DNA of 64,000 bases from NCBI GenBank assembly GCA_030141605.1, contig JAQGDQ010002369.1:806001-870000 (forward strand), given 5' to 3'. The notes below the pieces were generated by a model, which saw only the letters and a program-made list of their open reading frames with translations, ran no database searches and was not told the origin of the DNA. The first letter of the stretch is position 1. Every line of letters starts with the position of its first letter. The position numbers and the translations under genes are program-made. Of the stretch, positions 8,837 to 17,975 are shown one piece after another. Source of the DNA: Tubiluchus corallicola (Eukaryota; Animalia; Priapulida).

Positions 8837-10107
8837 ATGACTACAGTTGCATCTGTTGTTTCTCATGTTCCAGACTTTCTGGAGAAAAGACCTTCTCAAG
8901 AATTAGACTCCAAAATAGCAGCCCAACCATTTGATTTCGATGCTATCATGAGTAGTCTTCTAATGGGGCTGGATCAGCCTCATTGTTGTATTAGGATTTC
9001 GATCCCGTATTCAGTTTTTCAAGAGGTTACATTCGAAGAACTAAAGGAACTCGTTGTTCAGTCGATGGTGGAGAGAGGTTATTCCGGTCTAAAGATTAAC
9101 AAAGCTGTTTCCATTCTAGTGGAAAGTTACCTCCATTGCCTTGCCGACAGTCCGGTTAGAATTTGTGCAACTACCTTGGAGGCAGAAATTCCTGAACTTC
9201 TCAGGATTACATCTCCTGAATATTTCTTCCAACAACTCGAAGCAGCAAGAGAGGCAACGTCATTCGTTAACATTTTAGACTTGTCTCCAGCTAAGAGGGA
9301 TGATCATCTTGCTCAACTCTCCACTCTTTTAGCCTATTTGATGCGTGTTCAGGGACTTCTTTGGTACTTGGGGGACAACCAAACTTGCAAGCGCACATTA
9401 TGGATTATGCTTCAGCAGGACAAAAGGATGTAATGAGAGAGTTTCTTCCTACTGTTGTTAGCCATTTTTCTGATTTTTGCTCCCAGCTTAGAGTCATGGC
9501 CACAATGAAAATAGACAGCTGCATCCAAGAACTTCAAGAAAGAATTCATCTCGTAAAAACGTTGAAGTTAGTCTCGCCAGACCACACTGAAGATCAGGAA
9601 GCAATCGAATTAGCTCTATATGAGAACCATGTCCAGGGGTTTGATAATGCTACTATAAGAATTATCAGAGATGCCCAGCTTATTTCGATTGCCAGATTGA
9701 AAGCAGAAGGGAATAAAAATGCTGAATTATTATCTGTTTTGAACCAGGCTTTAAGCCGTCACCCTACCTGCACAACAAGAGATATACTAAAGGTGGAGGA
9801 TCCTTCAGATGTGATGACAGATCGATTTGTCAGTGAAGTTTGGGAATTCTTTACAGATAAAACAATTGAGGATCTGACCCTTCTTGTATTGGAAAATCTA
9901 GGGACGTCTGATTTTGATGACTTAGACAGTGCTTTGGAACTCATCGAGAAAAATTGCATGCAAGCATTGGACGCCGATGGAAAAAATGCCAGTGGAACGA
10001 TTATGCATGTCTATCAATTCCAAGAAGATGAAACTTGTCATCAGGCAATGACTAAGGTTCTTGGAATGAAATCTTTTGAAGAACTAATTGAATGGTGTGA
10101 GACATGA
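8837..10107 (+). CDS. Hypothetical all-helical protein (frameshift near 9360)
   Basis: GAGGA RBS. Overlapping ORFs 8837..9433 and 9361..10107 read as one gene. Confidence 0.6.
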
Positions 10108-10433
10108 GGTGTTTTCACTGTCACAAAGAATATAAGCTTACTTTAGGAAAATTGGGGTTTCGTGAAACCTGCTCCCAGTGCGGCAGAGACTTGCATGTCT
10201 GCAAAAACTGCCGCCATTATATGCCAGGCAAGCCCAATGATTGCAATGTGCCTGGAACAGAGTCGGTCAAAGATCGGGAAGCGATGAATTTCTGCGAGGA
10301 TTTTTCCCCATTAAAAGACTCATCCAAACAGAAAGATTCTTCCTATCAAAAGGCAAAGGATCTTTTTGGCGAAGAAGTGGATAAGAAACCGAAATCGGGA
10401 AAAGACCGATTTGATTCTCTATTTGATGAATAA
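10104..10433 (+). CDS. Small Cys-rich, putative Zn-binding protein
   Basis: CFHC..CSQCGRDLHVCKNCRHY..C..NFCEDF, with an ATGA overlap to the upstream gene. Confidence 0.75.
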   Translation: MRCFHCHKEYKLTLGKLGFRETCSQCGRDLHVCKNCRHYMPGKPNDCNVPGTESVKDREAMNFCEDFSPLKDSSKQKDSSYQKAKDLFGEEVDKKPKSGKDRFDSLFDE

Positions 10434-10445
10434 AAGGTAATCACT

Positions 10446-11280
10446 ATGGCAAGTACAGCTGCAGTCGCCGTTGTTGCTCCAAGTACAGCTGCGACTATCT
10501 TTGAAAGATTGAACAAAGAATATGAAGAAAAAAATCCAGCTCTTGAACAAGCTGTTACTGATGTTTGTGCATTTACTTTGGAACTCGACCGTTACAATGA
10601 AGGGCTAAATGCAAAACATGATCACGAGCTGCCTGATATTTCTGTACTAAAAGGAGATAGTGAAGTTTTTGCTAAACGGTTGGAGGAATTCAAAACAGTT
10701 TATAGAACGATGAAAGTATTCCAACAGACGCTTTGTCGTGCTAGAGAGGACTTCAATCGTTGCATTCCACCTGATATATTCGATACGATCCAATGGCTCA
10801 GTCCTGATTTGAAAACCCAAATCGAAGAGTTATATCATGCTGCTCTCCAGAGCCATCAGAGACTGATTTTGATGTGCGATCTCACAGGACAAGTTGCTCT
10901 GCTTAAAGATAAAATCACACACAATAACGATCATCCTCAACGGCAGATCCGTCAAAGAATCGAAATCATGGACACAGGAGGCAACCCCTCATCTTGCCCT
11001 GCAACAACTCTACATGAGAGCTCAAAGATACGTTACTTCCGATACTCTTGTCCTTGCACCTGCTGATCATAAACATAGGGACACTCCTGAAACAGTATCT
11101 GTCGATCACGATCGTGAAGAAGAACCTCTTGATGAACCGGTCGTTGTAGCCGCCGCCGGCGCTTCAGAAATGAAAGCTGCAGAATTAGACGGCAGTACAT
11201 CTGGTTCTAATGGAGGATCAGCTGCTGTAGGCAAGACGAAGAAGAAGAAAAAGAAGAAGAAAGGAAGTCCAGTCCAGTAG
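10446..11280 (+). CDS. Hypothetical coiled-coil protein with a C-terminal poly-Lys tract (frameshift near 10920)
   Basis: ORFs 10446..11066 and 10894..11280 overlap. N-terminus is Ser/Thr/Ala-rich and the protein ends GKTKKKKKKKKGSPVQ. Confidence 0.6.
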
Positions 11281-11286
11281 GGAAAA

Positions 11287-11547
11287 CTAACTTTTTTGGC
11301 GATTAGCCCGAATCACATCGATAATGAGAAAAAGGATCAAAATAGGCAGATAAAATGCCTCTGGTTTGGAAAGAGTCAGCACATAAGGTGCAATCAAATA
11401 GACTAGAAATCCATCGATGATGAAAGTCGATATCGCCACTGTAATCGGGTTAAGTTTTATCCCTAAAAGACGGCGTGTCACAAAGTTCAGACCCCAGATC
11501 ACAAGGAATGTCCCAATCCACTCTAGAATATAAATAAATATATTCAT
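11287..11547 (-). CDS. Small 3-TM membrane protein
   Basis: 86 aa with three hydrophobic segments. ATGA-coupled to the upstream paralog. Confidence 0.7.
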   Translation of the reverse strand: MNIFIYILEWIGTFLVIWGLNFVTRRLLGIKLNPITVAISTFIIDGFLVYLIAPYVLTLSKPEAFYLPILILFLIIDVIRANRQKS

Positions 11548-11804
11548 TTTGATTTATTCTCCTGGATCCTATTCCAGATGAGATCGACCATGAGCCACAG
11601 AATTAGTGCAATCACATACTCTGCTACGACGACATCAAATCCCGCAATCCAGCTGATGATAGGCGCCATGATGACCAGAGCGATCCAAAAAGAAAGATAG
11701 CATGCCGTTGACTTTGAGACCTTTTTCCTTAATAGCCAGTTTGATATGCGTGTCCAGACCCCTGTGATGATCACTGCGATAATGATATCCCGAAAAAAGA
11801 TCAT
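11544..11804 (-). CDS. Small 3-TM membrane protein
   Basis: 86 aa, GAGGAGAGG RBS, three hydrophobic segments. Confidence 0.7.
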   Translation of the reverse strand: MIFFRDIIIAVIITGVWTRISNWLLRKKVSKSTACYLSFWIALVIMAPIISWIAGFDVVVAEYVIALILWLMVDLIWNRIQENKSK

Positions 11805-12019
11805 TCCCTCTCCTCTTTTCCCTTATAAATAATTGAAATAATTTTTAATCCAAAGAGAATTCTTTTAATTGCAATCAACCTGTATTCTTATAATAATATT
11901 CGCCATTAAACTGAAAAAAGTTATTTTAAACGGCAATTAATATTTCGAATCAAAAAGCTCTTTCTTCTCAGAAAGCGAAGACACATCTTCGTGAATCGAG
12001 CCATCAGATTCTTCAGAAG

Positions 12020-13405
12020 TTGCTCTTGTATCATAACCTACTTGAATCGGTCGAAAACCCCCACTTGGAAAAGGAAATCCTGGAACGAATCCGCGACATC
12101 CCCTCCCATCATTCTCCTGAAGAAGTTTTAGAAAAACTGAGAGATAAAGAAGGGACCAAAGAGATCATCCGTGAGTTCCTTGAACACTCTCAGAGAAAGG
12201 AACCTAAAACACCTGTAGAAAAATCAGTTAAAATTCCCCAAGAAGAGAAGGTTGTTGCAGAGTCCATCTCGATTGAAGATTCGAAAATCCACCCTTTCGA
12301 TCTATTTTTCCGTGATGAAATCTCCCAACTTAAAAATCTTGACGAACTCTATCAATACATTTCCCAAAGAAGATCAGAGATTGCCGACCAGAAGACTCAT
12401 TTCTCTCCTTTGGTTGAAAAGCTTAAGGCCATCTACTCCGATTTCCATACCTTGTTCCAAGAGACTCATCAAATGGGATCGCTCAAGCCGGTTGCAGAAG
12501 GAGCTGGGGCCGCCTATTTTCTCTATAATGAAAAAGGAAAACCAAAGTTCATCGTAAAGCCGGTCGATGAAGACATTTTCTGTTTGAATAACCGTAAAGG
12601 CTACGTCAGTATCCAGACTGGATACCGTACAAGGAAATGGGTTCCGGTATACAGAAGCGCACAGACCGATGTTCTTTGCTATGAAGTGGCGCAAATCATC
12701 AATACTTCGACCATCACTCCGAAAACGAGCATGGCGATTGTCAATGATGAGGGATTCTATGACCTTACCGAACGCGTTGGTCATGCATATAAGGACGGGC
12801 TCATTACCAAGGGCGGTCATCCCGACAAAGAAAAGCTCTGTTCCATCCAGGAATACATTGAAGATTCAAAAGACCTGTTCGAAGTATTGAACCGTTTTCA
12901 GCATATGAAGCTCTCTGACAAGGAAATCAAACATGCTTTTGATCAGACGGATTTTGAAGAGGCAAATCTCTTTTTGTGGACGACCTACGATACTGATGGC
13001 CATTTTGGAAACTTCCGCGTCTATGTTAAAGGAGTCGACCCTTTAGGAAGAGAAATCCTTGGAATCAAAAAAGTCGATAATGGCCTCGCTTTTCCTGAGA
13101 AGAATGAGCAGCTCCGCAATGGTCTGGTCCATCTTCCGAATGCCAAGCGGCCTCTTTCAGATTCAGCAAAAGAGAAAATCAGAAATATCGATGTGAATGC
13201 TATTGTGAACCGGCTTCGTTTTTATGAAATGGACGAATGCGTCGATGCCTTTGTCGAAAGGATCGGGATTCTTAAAGAACTTGCTGAAAGAGATGGAATG
13301 AGCATTTATGAGATCAATTATCGAATGGGCCTCATCGGAAAAGGAGAGGTTGGAAAAAGCCTTGCCCTTTCCCCTATTCCACTGAAAGAATTAAAAAAAA
13401 GGTGA
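12020..13405 (+). CDS. PI3/PI4-kinase family protein (type II PI4K-like)
   Basis: EGAGAAYF..KFIVKPVDED..NNRKG, CSIQEYI, YDTDGHFGN and KVDNGLAFP. The frame is open upstream to 11930. Confidence 0.75.
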   Translation: MLLYHNLLESVENPHLEKEILERIRDIPSHHSPEEVLEKLRDKEGTKEIIREFLEHSQRKEPKTPVEKSVKIPQEEKVVAESISIEDSKIHPFDLFFRDEISQLKNLDELYQYISQRRSEIADQKTHFSPLVEKLKAIYSDFHTLFQETHQMGSLKPVAEGAGAAYFLYNEKGKPKFIVKPVDEDIFCLNNRKGYVSIQTGYRTRKWVPVYRSAQTDVLCYEVAQIINTSTITPKTSMAIVNDEGFYDLTERVGHAYKDGLITKGGHPDKEKLCSIQEYIEDSKDLFEVLNRFQHMKLSDKEIKHAFDQTDFEEANLFLWTTYDTDGHFGNFRVYVKGVDPLGREILGIKKVDNGLAFPEKNEQLRNGLVHLPNAKRPLSDSAKEKIRNIDVNAIVNRLRFYEMDECVDAFVERIGILKELAERDGMSIYEINYRMGLIGKGEVGKSLALSPIPLKELKKR

Positions 13406-13423
13406 AACACCTTAAGGTGAACA

Positions 13424-13762
13424 ATGAAGGCTTCTAAAGGTTTGTTTTTGGGCTTCTGCCTATTTGCAGTTTTTTCCCTTACCTCTTTAAGCATCAATTT
13501 AATGCAAGGAGACCCTATGAAACTCGTCAACAAAGATACTAAAGACGTTGTTATTGAATTCACAGATTCCAAAATCATTTTCCACGATCGGTTTTTAGAA
13601 GCTGAAATGTCCGAGAACGGAATCACAGTCCCGCCTGCTCTTCAAAAAGAGTATGGGAATAAAGAAATCGTTTTTGTCGAAGATGCCGAATTCTTAAAGG
13701 CGTTCAAAGAAATCTATTATCCTTCCAGCATGAACTCGAACGTCTTCCAGTGGGAAGACTAA
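13424..13762 (+). CDS. Small exported hypothetical protein
   Basis: N-terminal signal/TM segment and AAGG RBS. Confidence 0.65.
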   Translation: MKASKGLFLGFCLFAVFSLTSLSINLMQGDPMKLVNKDTKDVVIEFTDSKIIFHDRFLEAEMSENGITVPPALQKEYGNKEIVFVEDAEFLKAFKEIYYPSSMNSNVFQWED

Positions 13763-13766
13763 GACT

Positions 13767-15161
13767 CTAATAAACCCCTAACAGATCCAATAGAATTAAG
13801 ATGATCAGGATAGGCGCCGTAAACTTGATCGTAATTTGGAAATAACGCGCCAGGATCGGTCTTGCATGATGGAACATCTCTTCTTCCATTCTGAGATTGT
13901 CAAAAGCTTCTCTCATTCCCCATCGCCAGCCCACTAGTAGAACAGCCAGTAACCCTCCGATCGGAACAAGGATGTTGACCGATACAAAGGAAATGACCGT
14001 GTAAAAAGTGGCCCCGAATACTTTGACATCTTTCCATAGGTTGAAAGAAAGAGCTGTAGGGATTCCCAGTAAGAAAGCAACCCCGCTGCTGACAACGACT
14101 GCTTTCTTTCTTTTCCAACCCCGTTCATCGATCAAATAAGAGATCACAGGCTCTAGGGCAGAAATTTCAGAAGTCAGTGCTGCCAGAGTGACCAGAACGA
14201 AGAAGAGAACAGCCAGACCCCATCCCCAAGAAAGCTGACTGAAGACAATAGGAAGGGTCTCAAAAATCAATGCAGGCCCTGCTTCGGGCTTCAATCCTAC
14301 GGAAAAGACGATGCAAAAGACAGCAACACCTACTAAAAGAGAGATCGCTGTATTCAATAATACAACAGGAATGACGCTTTTGGGAATATCCTCCCTTCGG
14401 GAAAGATAACTACCATAAGTCACCATCGTCCCTTGTCCCAAGCTCAAAGTGAAGAAGGCCTGCCCCAATGCGAGGACAATCGCAGCCGGGGTGAGACTTT
14501 TAAAATCGGGAGCAAAAAGAAATTTCAAAGCCTTGAAAGAAGAAGGAAGAGTCAGACCTTTGATCACTAAAACGATCAAGACCAGTATGAGTAGGGGCAT
14601 CATGATTTTGCTCCCCATTTCGATCCCCTTTCTTACTCCTGAGATCAGAACCAGAACGCAAAGAATCATAAAAATAAAATGAAATCCAACACACCACCAG
14701 GCCGATCCGCTGAGAGCCTGAAAATGATGCAAAGCATCCTGGGCAGAAGTAAAATGGGTAAGATTCCCTTTCAATGCCTGGAAGAGATATCCAAGCGTCC
14801 AGCCCGCAATCACACTGTAAAATGAGCTGATGATGAAACCGGTGAATATGGTGAGATATCCTCCCCATCCCCACTTGCGGCTCCTTCCCAATAACCGGAA
14901 CGATCCATAAGGGCTTGACTGGGCTGTTCTCCCCACGAGGATTTCAGAGACCAGGACGGGAAAGCCGATCAGAAGAAGACAGAATAGATAAAGGAGAATG
15001 AATGCCGCTCCCCCATTTTCCCCCACAATATAAGGGAAACGCCAGATGCTGCCGAGTCCGACAGCTGACCCCAGGGCTGCAAAGATGAATCCTATGCGCG
15101 ATTTCCAATTTTCCCGTTCGACGTATTCTTTTTCTTTCATTTTACCTATAGGAATTTTCAA
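13767..15161 (-). CDS. Sodium-dependent transporter, NSS/SNF family
   Basis: RENWKSRIGFIFAALGSAVGLGSIWRFPY..NGGAAF and ALGQAFFTLSLG..TYGSY. Confidence 0.93.
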   Translation of the reverse strand: MKIPIGKMKEKEYVERENWKSRIGFIFAALGSAVGLGSIWRFPYIVGENGGAAFILLYLFCLLLIGFPVLVSEILVGRTAQSSPYGSFRLLGRSRKWGWGGYLTIFTGFIISSFYSVIAGWTLGYLFQALKGNLTHFTSAQDALHHFQALSGSAWWCVGFHFIFMILCVLVLISGVRKGIEMGSKIMMPLLILVLIVLVIKGLTLPSSFKALKFLFAPDFKSLTPAAIVLALGQAFFTLSLGQGTMVTYGSYLSRREDIPKSVIPVVLLNTAISLLVGVAVFCIVFSVGLKPEAGPALIFETLPIVFSQLSWGWGLAVLFFVLVTLAALTSEISALEPVISYLIDERGWKRKKAVVVSSGVAFLLGIPTALSFNLWKDVKVFGATFYTVISFVSVNILVPIGGLLAVLLVGWRWGMREAFDNLRMEEEMFHHARPILARYFQITIKFTAPILIILILLDLLGVY

Positions 15162-15217
15162 AAATCGTAACCAATCGATCAGTAAAAATAAATGTCTAAT
15201 TTTTCTTAGATATTGTA

Positions 15218-15682
15218 GTGAAAGAGATGAGGGATATAATCGAGTCGATGAAAACCCAGGAATTGAGCTTTTTTTCTCCCGACTCGACTGAGGCTTCAGA
15301 CCTTCCTTTGTTCCTCGCTCCGGTCACCGCCGGCTTCCCCTCACCTGCCGAGGATTTCATGGAGCAAAGGCTCGATCTCAACCAGCATCTCATCGAGCAT
15401 CCGGCTGCTACTTTTTTTGTCAGGGTGGAAGGAGATTCGATGCGCGATGCCGGTATTTTGCGCGGTGATATTCTCATCGTCGACCGGGCCCTCCGCCCTT
15501 CGAGTGGAAAGATCATTATCGCTGTCATCAATGGAGAGTTCACCGTTAAACGGATCCGGATTCAAAATAAAACAATTTTTTTAGAACCGCAAAATCCCAA
15601 ATACCCTTCCATAGAGATCGATCCCGAATCCGACTTTCAAATCTGGGGAATCGTCACCTACATTATTCACAAAGCAATTTAG
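15218..15682 (+). CDS. umuD: DNA polymerase V subunit UmuD (S24 peptidase)
   Basis: AGFPSPAEDF cleavage site, GDSM catalytic Ser, FTVKR catalytic Lys. Confidence 0.9.
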   Translation: MKEMRDIIESMKTQELSFFSPDSTEASDLPLFLAPVTAGFPSPAEDFMEQRLDLNQHLIEHPAATFFVRVEGDSMRDAGILRGDILIVDRALRPSSGKIIIAVINGEFTVKRIRIQNKTIFLEPQNPKYPSIEIDPESDFQIWGIVTYIIHKAI

Positions 15683-15685
15683 ACA

Positions 15686-16933
15686 GTGTTTGCACTAATC
15701 GATTGTAATAATTTTTACGCATCATGCGAGGAAGTATTTAATCCCAAGTTGAAGGGGAAACCACTTCTTGTTCTGTCCAATAATGATGGATGCGTGATCG
15801 CCCGATCGAAAGAGGCCAAAGAGATGGGCATCCCGATGGGGGCCCCGGCCTTTGAATACAAAAAACAGATCGAAGGAGGGCTGCTTCTCGCCTTTGCCTG
15901 CAATTTTACCCTTTATGGAGATATGTCCGACAGGGTCATGACGACACTGGAAACCTTTGGGCTTGAAATGGAGATCTATTCGATCGATGAAGCTTTCCTC
16001 CAATTATTGAAGGACTCGGAAGAAGGCCATCTTCGCCTGGGCTGGCAAATTCGGAAAAAGGTCGATCAATGGACGGGTCTTCCCATATCAGTAGGAATTG
16101 CCCCAACAAAAACTCTGGCTAAAGTAGCCAATCATAGGGCGAAAAAACAAAAGGGAGTGGATGTCCTTACCGATCCGGAAAAGATCCAAAAAGTGTTGAC
16201 TACTTTGGACGTCGAAGAAGTTTGGGGAATTGGCCGAAGGCTTGCCAAACGCCTGCGAAAGAAAGGAATTTTCACAGCAGGACAGCTAGCCTCTTCCGAT
16301 GATCAGTGGATCCGCAAAGAGTTCAGCGTGATGACGCTCCGAACAGCCATGGAGCTTCGAGGAGTAAGCTGCTTTCCATGTGATGAGGTTCCCGAGGTAA
16401 AGAAGTCGATCCTCTGCTCCCATACTTTTCGCAATCCGATCGACAATAAACCAGATCTGATTCAGGCAGTTGCTGATTTCACAACGATCGCTGCAGAAAA
16501 ATTGCGCAAACAAAACAGTCTGGCTCCAATGATCTCAGTATTCATTGCCACCAGTCCCTTTCGAGACAATTATTACTCCAATAGCAGCCACTTTACCCTT
16601 CCCATTCCCTCTTCCTATACGCCGGAGCTCATCACTTATGCACGCCAGGCGCTCGATACGATCTATCGTTCTGAATATTCCTACAAAAGAGCAGGCGTCC
16701 AGTTCATCGATCTCGTAGATGCGACGGCTCTGCAAATGGACTTTTGGGACAAAGGCAAAGACTTCGAAAAGAAAAAAAGGCTGATGGAAACGATCGACAA
16801 GATCAATGTTCGGTATGACAAACTCGCAGTGCATTCAGCATCATTGGGCATACAGCAAAAATGGAAGTATGTGCGCTCCCGTACTTCCCCCCGCTTCACA
16901 ACAGACTGGAACGAACTCTTAAAAGTAAGATAA
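15686..16933 (+). CDS. umuC: Y-family DNA polymerase V subunit UmuC
   Basis: FALIDCNNFYASCE, LSNNDGCVIARS, YSIDEAF and C-terminal SPRFTTDWNEL. Confidence 0.93.
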   Translation: MFALIDCNNFYASCEEVFNPKLKGKPLLVLSNNDGCVIARSKEAKEMGIPMGAPAFEYKKQIEGGLLLAFACNFTLYGDMSDRVMTTLETFGLEMEIYSIDEAFLQLLKDSEEGHLRLGWQIRKKVDQWTGLPISVGIAPTKTLAKVANHRAKKQKGVDVLTDPEKIQKVLTTLDVEEVWGIGRRLAKRLRKKGIFTAGQLASSDDQWIRKEFSVMTLRTAMELRGVSCFPCDEVPEVKKSILCSHTFRNPIDNKPDLIQAVADFTTIAAEKLRKQNSLAPMISVFIATSPFRDNYYSNSSHFTLPIPSSYTPELITYARQALDTIYRSEYSYKRAGVQFIDLVDATALQMDFWDKGKDFEKKKRLMETIDKINVRYDKLAVHSASLGIQQKWKYVRSRTSPRFTTDWNELLKVR

Positions 16934-17848
16934 AATGTTCTCTGCCGCTTGTTTTGCCATTGTAGTTCGGCACTCGACAGTTGCAGATCCGATGTGGGGA
17001 ACGATGAGGCAGTTTTCAAAAGAACATAAAGGATGATTGCCAGGCAGAGGTTCAGGATCGGTGACATCCAAAGCCGCGCTCCTTATCCATCCTTTTTCCA
17101 ACGCTTTGACAAGAGCATCCGTATCAATGATTGCTCCCCTGGCCATATTGATCAAGACTGGATGCTTTTTCATCTTTTGGATCGCTGTGGCATCGATAAA
17201 GTGACGGGTCTCTTTTTTCAGCGGAATATGAAGGGAGATATAGTCAGAAGTTTCATAAAGTTCATCAAGGGAAACCTGTCCTTTGATTCCCAAATCTTTG
17301 TAATGGTAGAACTGTACATTCATGCCAAAGCCTTTGGCCCTTTGAGCGGCAGCTTTTCCGACCCTTCCATATCCGATGATTCCAAATGTTTTTTGATGAA
17401 GGCTCTCTCCAAAGAAAAGATTGGGATCATAGATCTTCCATTTGTCTTCCTTAACGAATTGCCTGGCCTCGGGAACCTTACGAATAAGGGAGAGGAGAAG
17501 CGCAAAGGTGAGATCGGCCGTACTTTCTGTAACAACGTCTAATAAGTTATATACAGTAATTCCTTTAGTCTTTGCATAGGCGACATCAATATTGTCTAAA
17601 CCGATTGCATAATTGGAGATAATTTTTAATTGAGTTGCGGTTTCCAATATTTCCTTGTCAATAGGATCGGAAAGCATCGTGAGGATGGCGTCATATTCCT
17701 GAGCGGCTTTGATTAATTTATCTTTTGGAATCGGACAATTTTGTTCCCATTCTTCAACAATAAAAATTGTAGATAATACTTCTTTTGCAATAGAAGGTAT
17801 CTTTCTTGTAATTAACGCTTTTTTCATCCAATTACACGTCCGTTTCAT
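16919..17848 (-). CDS. D-2-hydroxyacid dehydrogenase (glyoxylate/hydroxypyruvate reductase type)
   Basis: GIIGYGRVG, INMARG, AALDVTDPEP and PHIGSAT. Confidence 0.9.
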   Translation of the reverse strand: MKRTCNWMKKALITRKIPSIAKEVLSTIFIVEEWEQNCPIPKDKLIKAAQEYDAILTMLSDPIDKEILETATQLKIISNYAIGLDNIDVAYAKTKGITVYNLLDVVTESTADLTFALLLSLIRKVPEARQFVKEDKWKIYDPNLFFGESLHQKTFGIIGYGRVGKAAAQRAKGFGMNVQFYHYKDLGIKGQVSLDELYETSDYISLHIPLKKETRHFIDATAIQKMKKHPVLINMARGAIIDTDALVKALEKGWIRSAALDVTDPEPLPGNHPLCSFENCLIVPHIGSATVECRTTMAKQAAENILSYF

Positions 17849-17975
17849 CTTCTAAAAAATCAGTCAATGAAGTACAAGTTTTGGCAAAATTGAAAGACAG
17901 ATTTATAGATTCTTAACAATCGAAGAGTAAGTTATAGATTCTTAACTTATTTTATAAGTAAAAATTTGAGATAAC

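Noticed and set aside
15218-16933. umuDC as a marker of a prophage or ICE
   Set aside because: No integrase, transfer or phage genes or att-like repeats are nearby, and the flanks are housekeeping genes.
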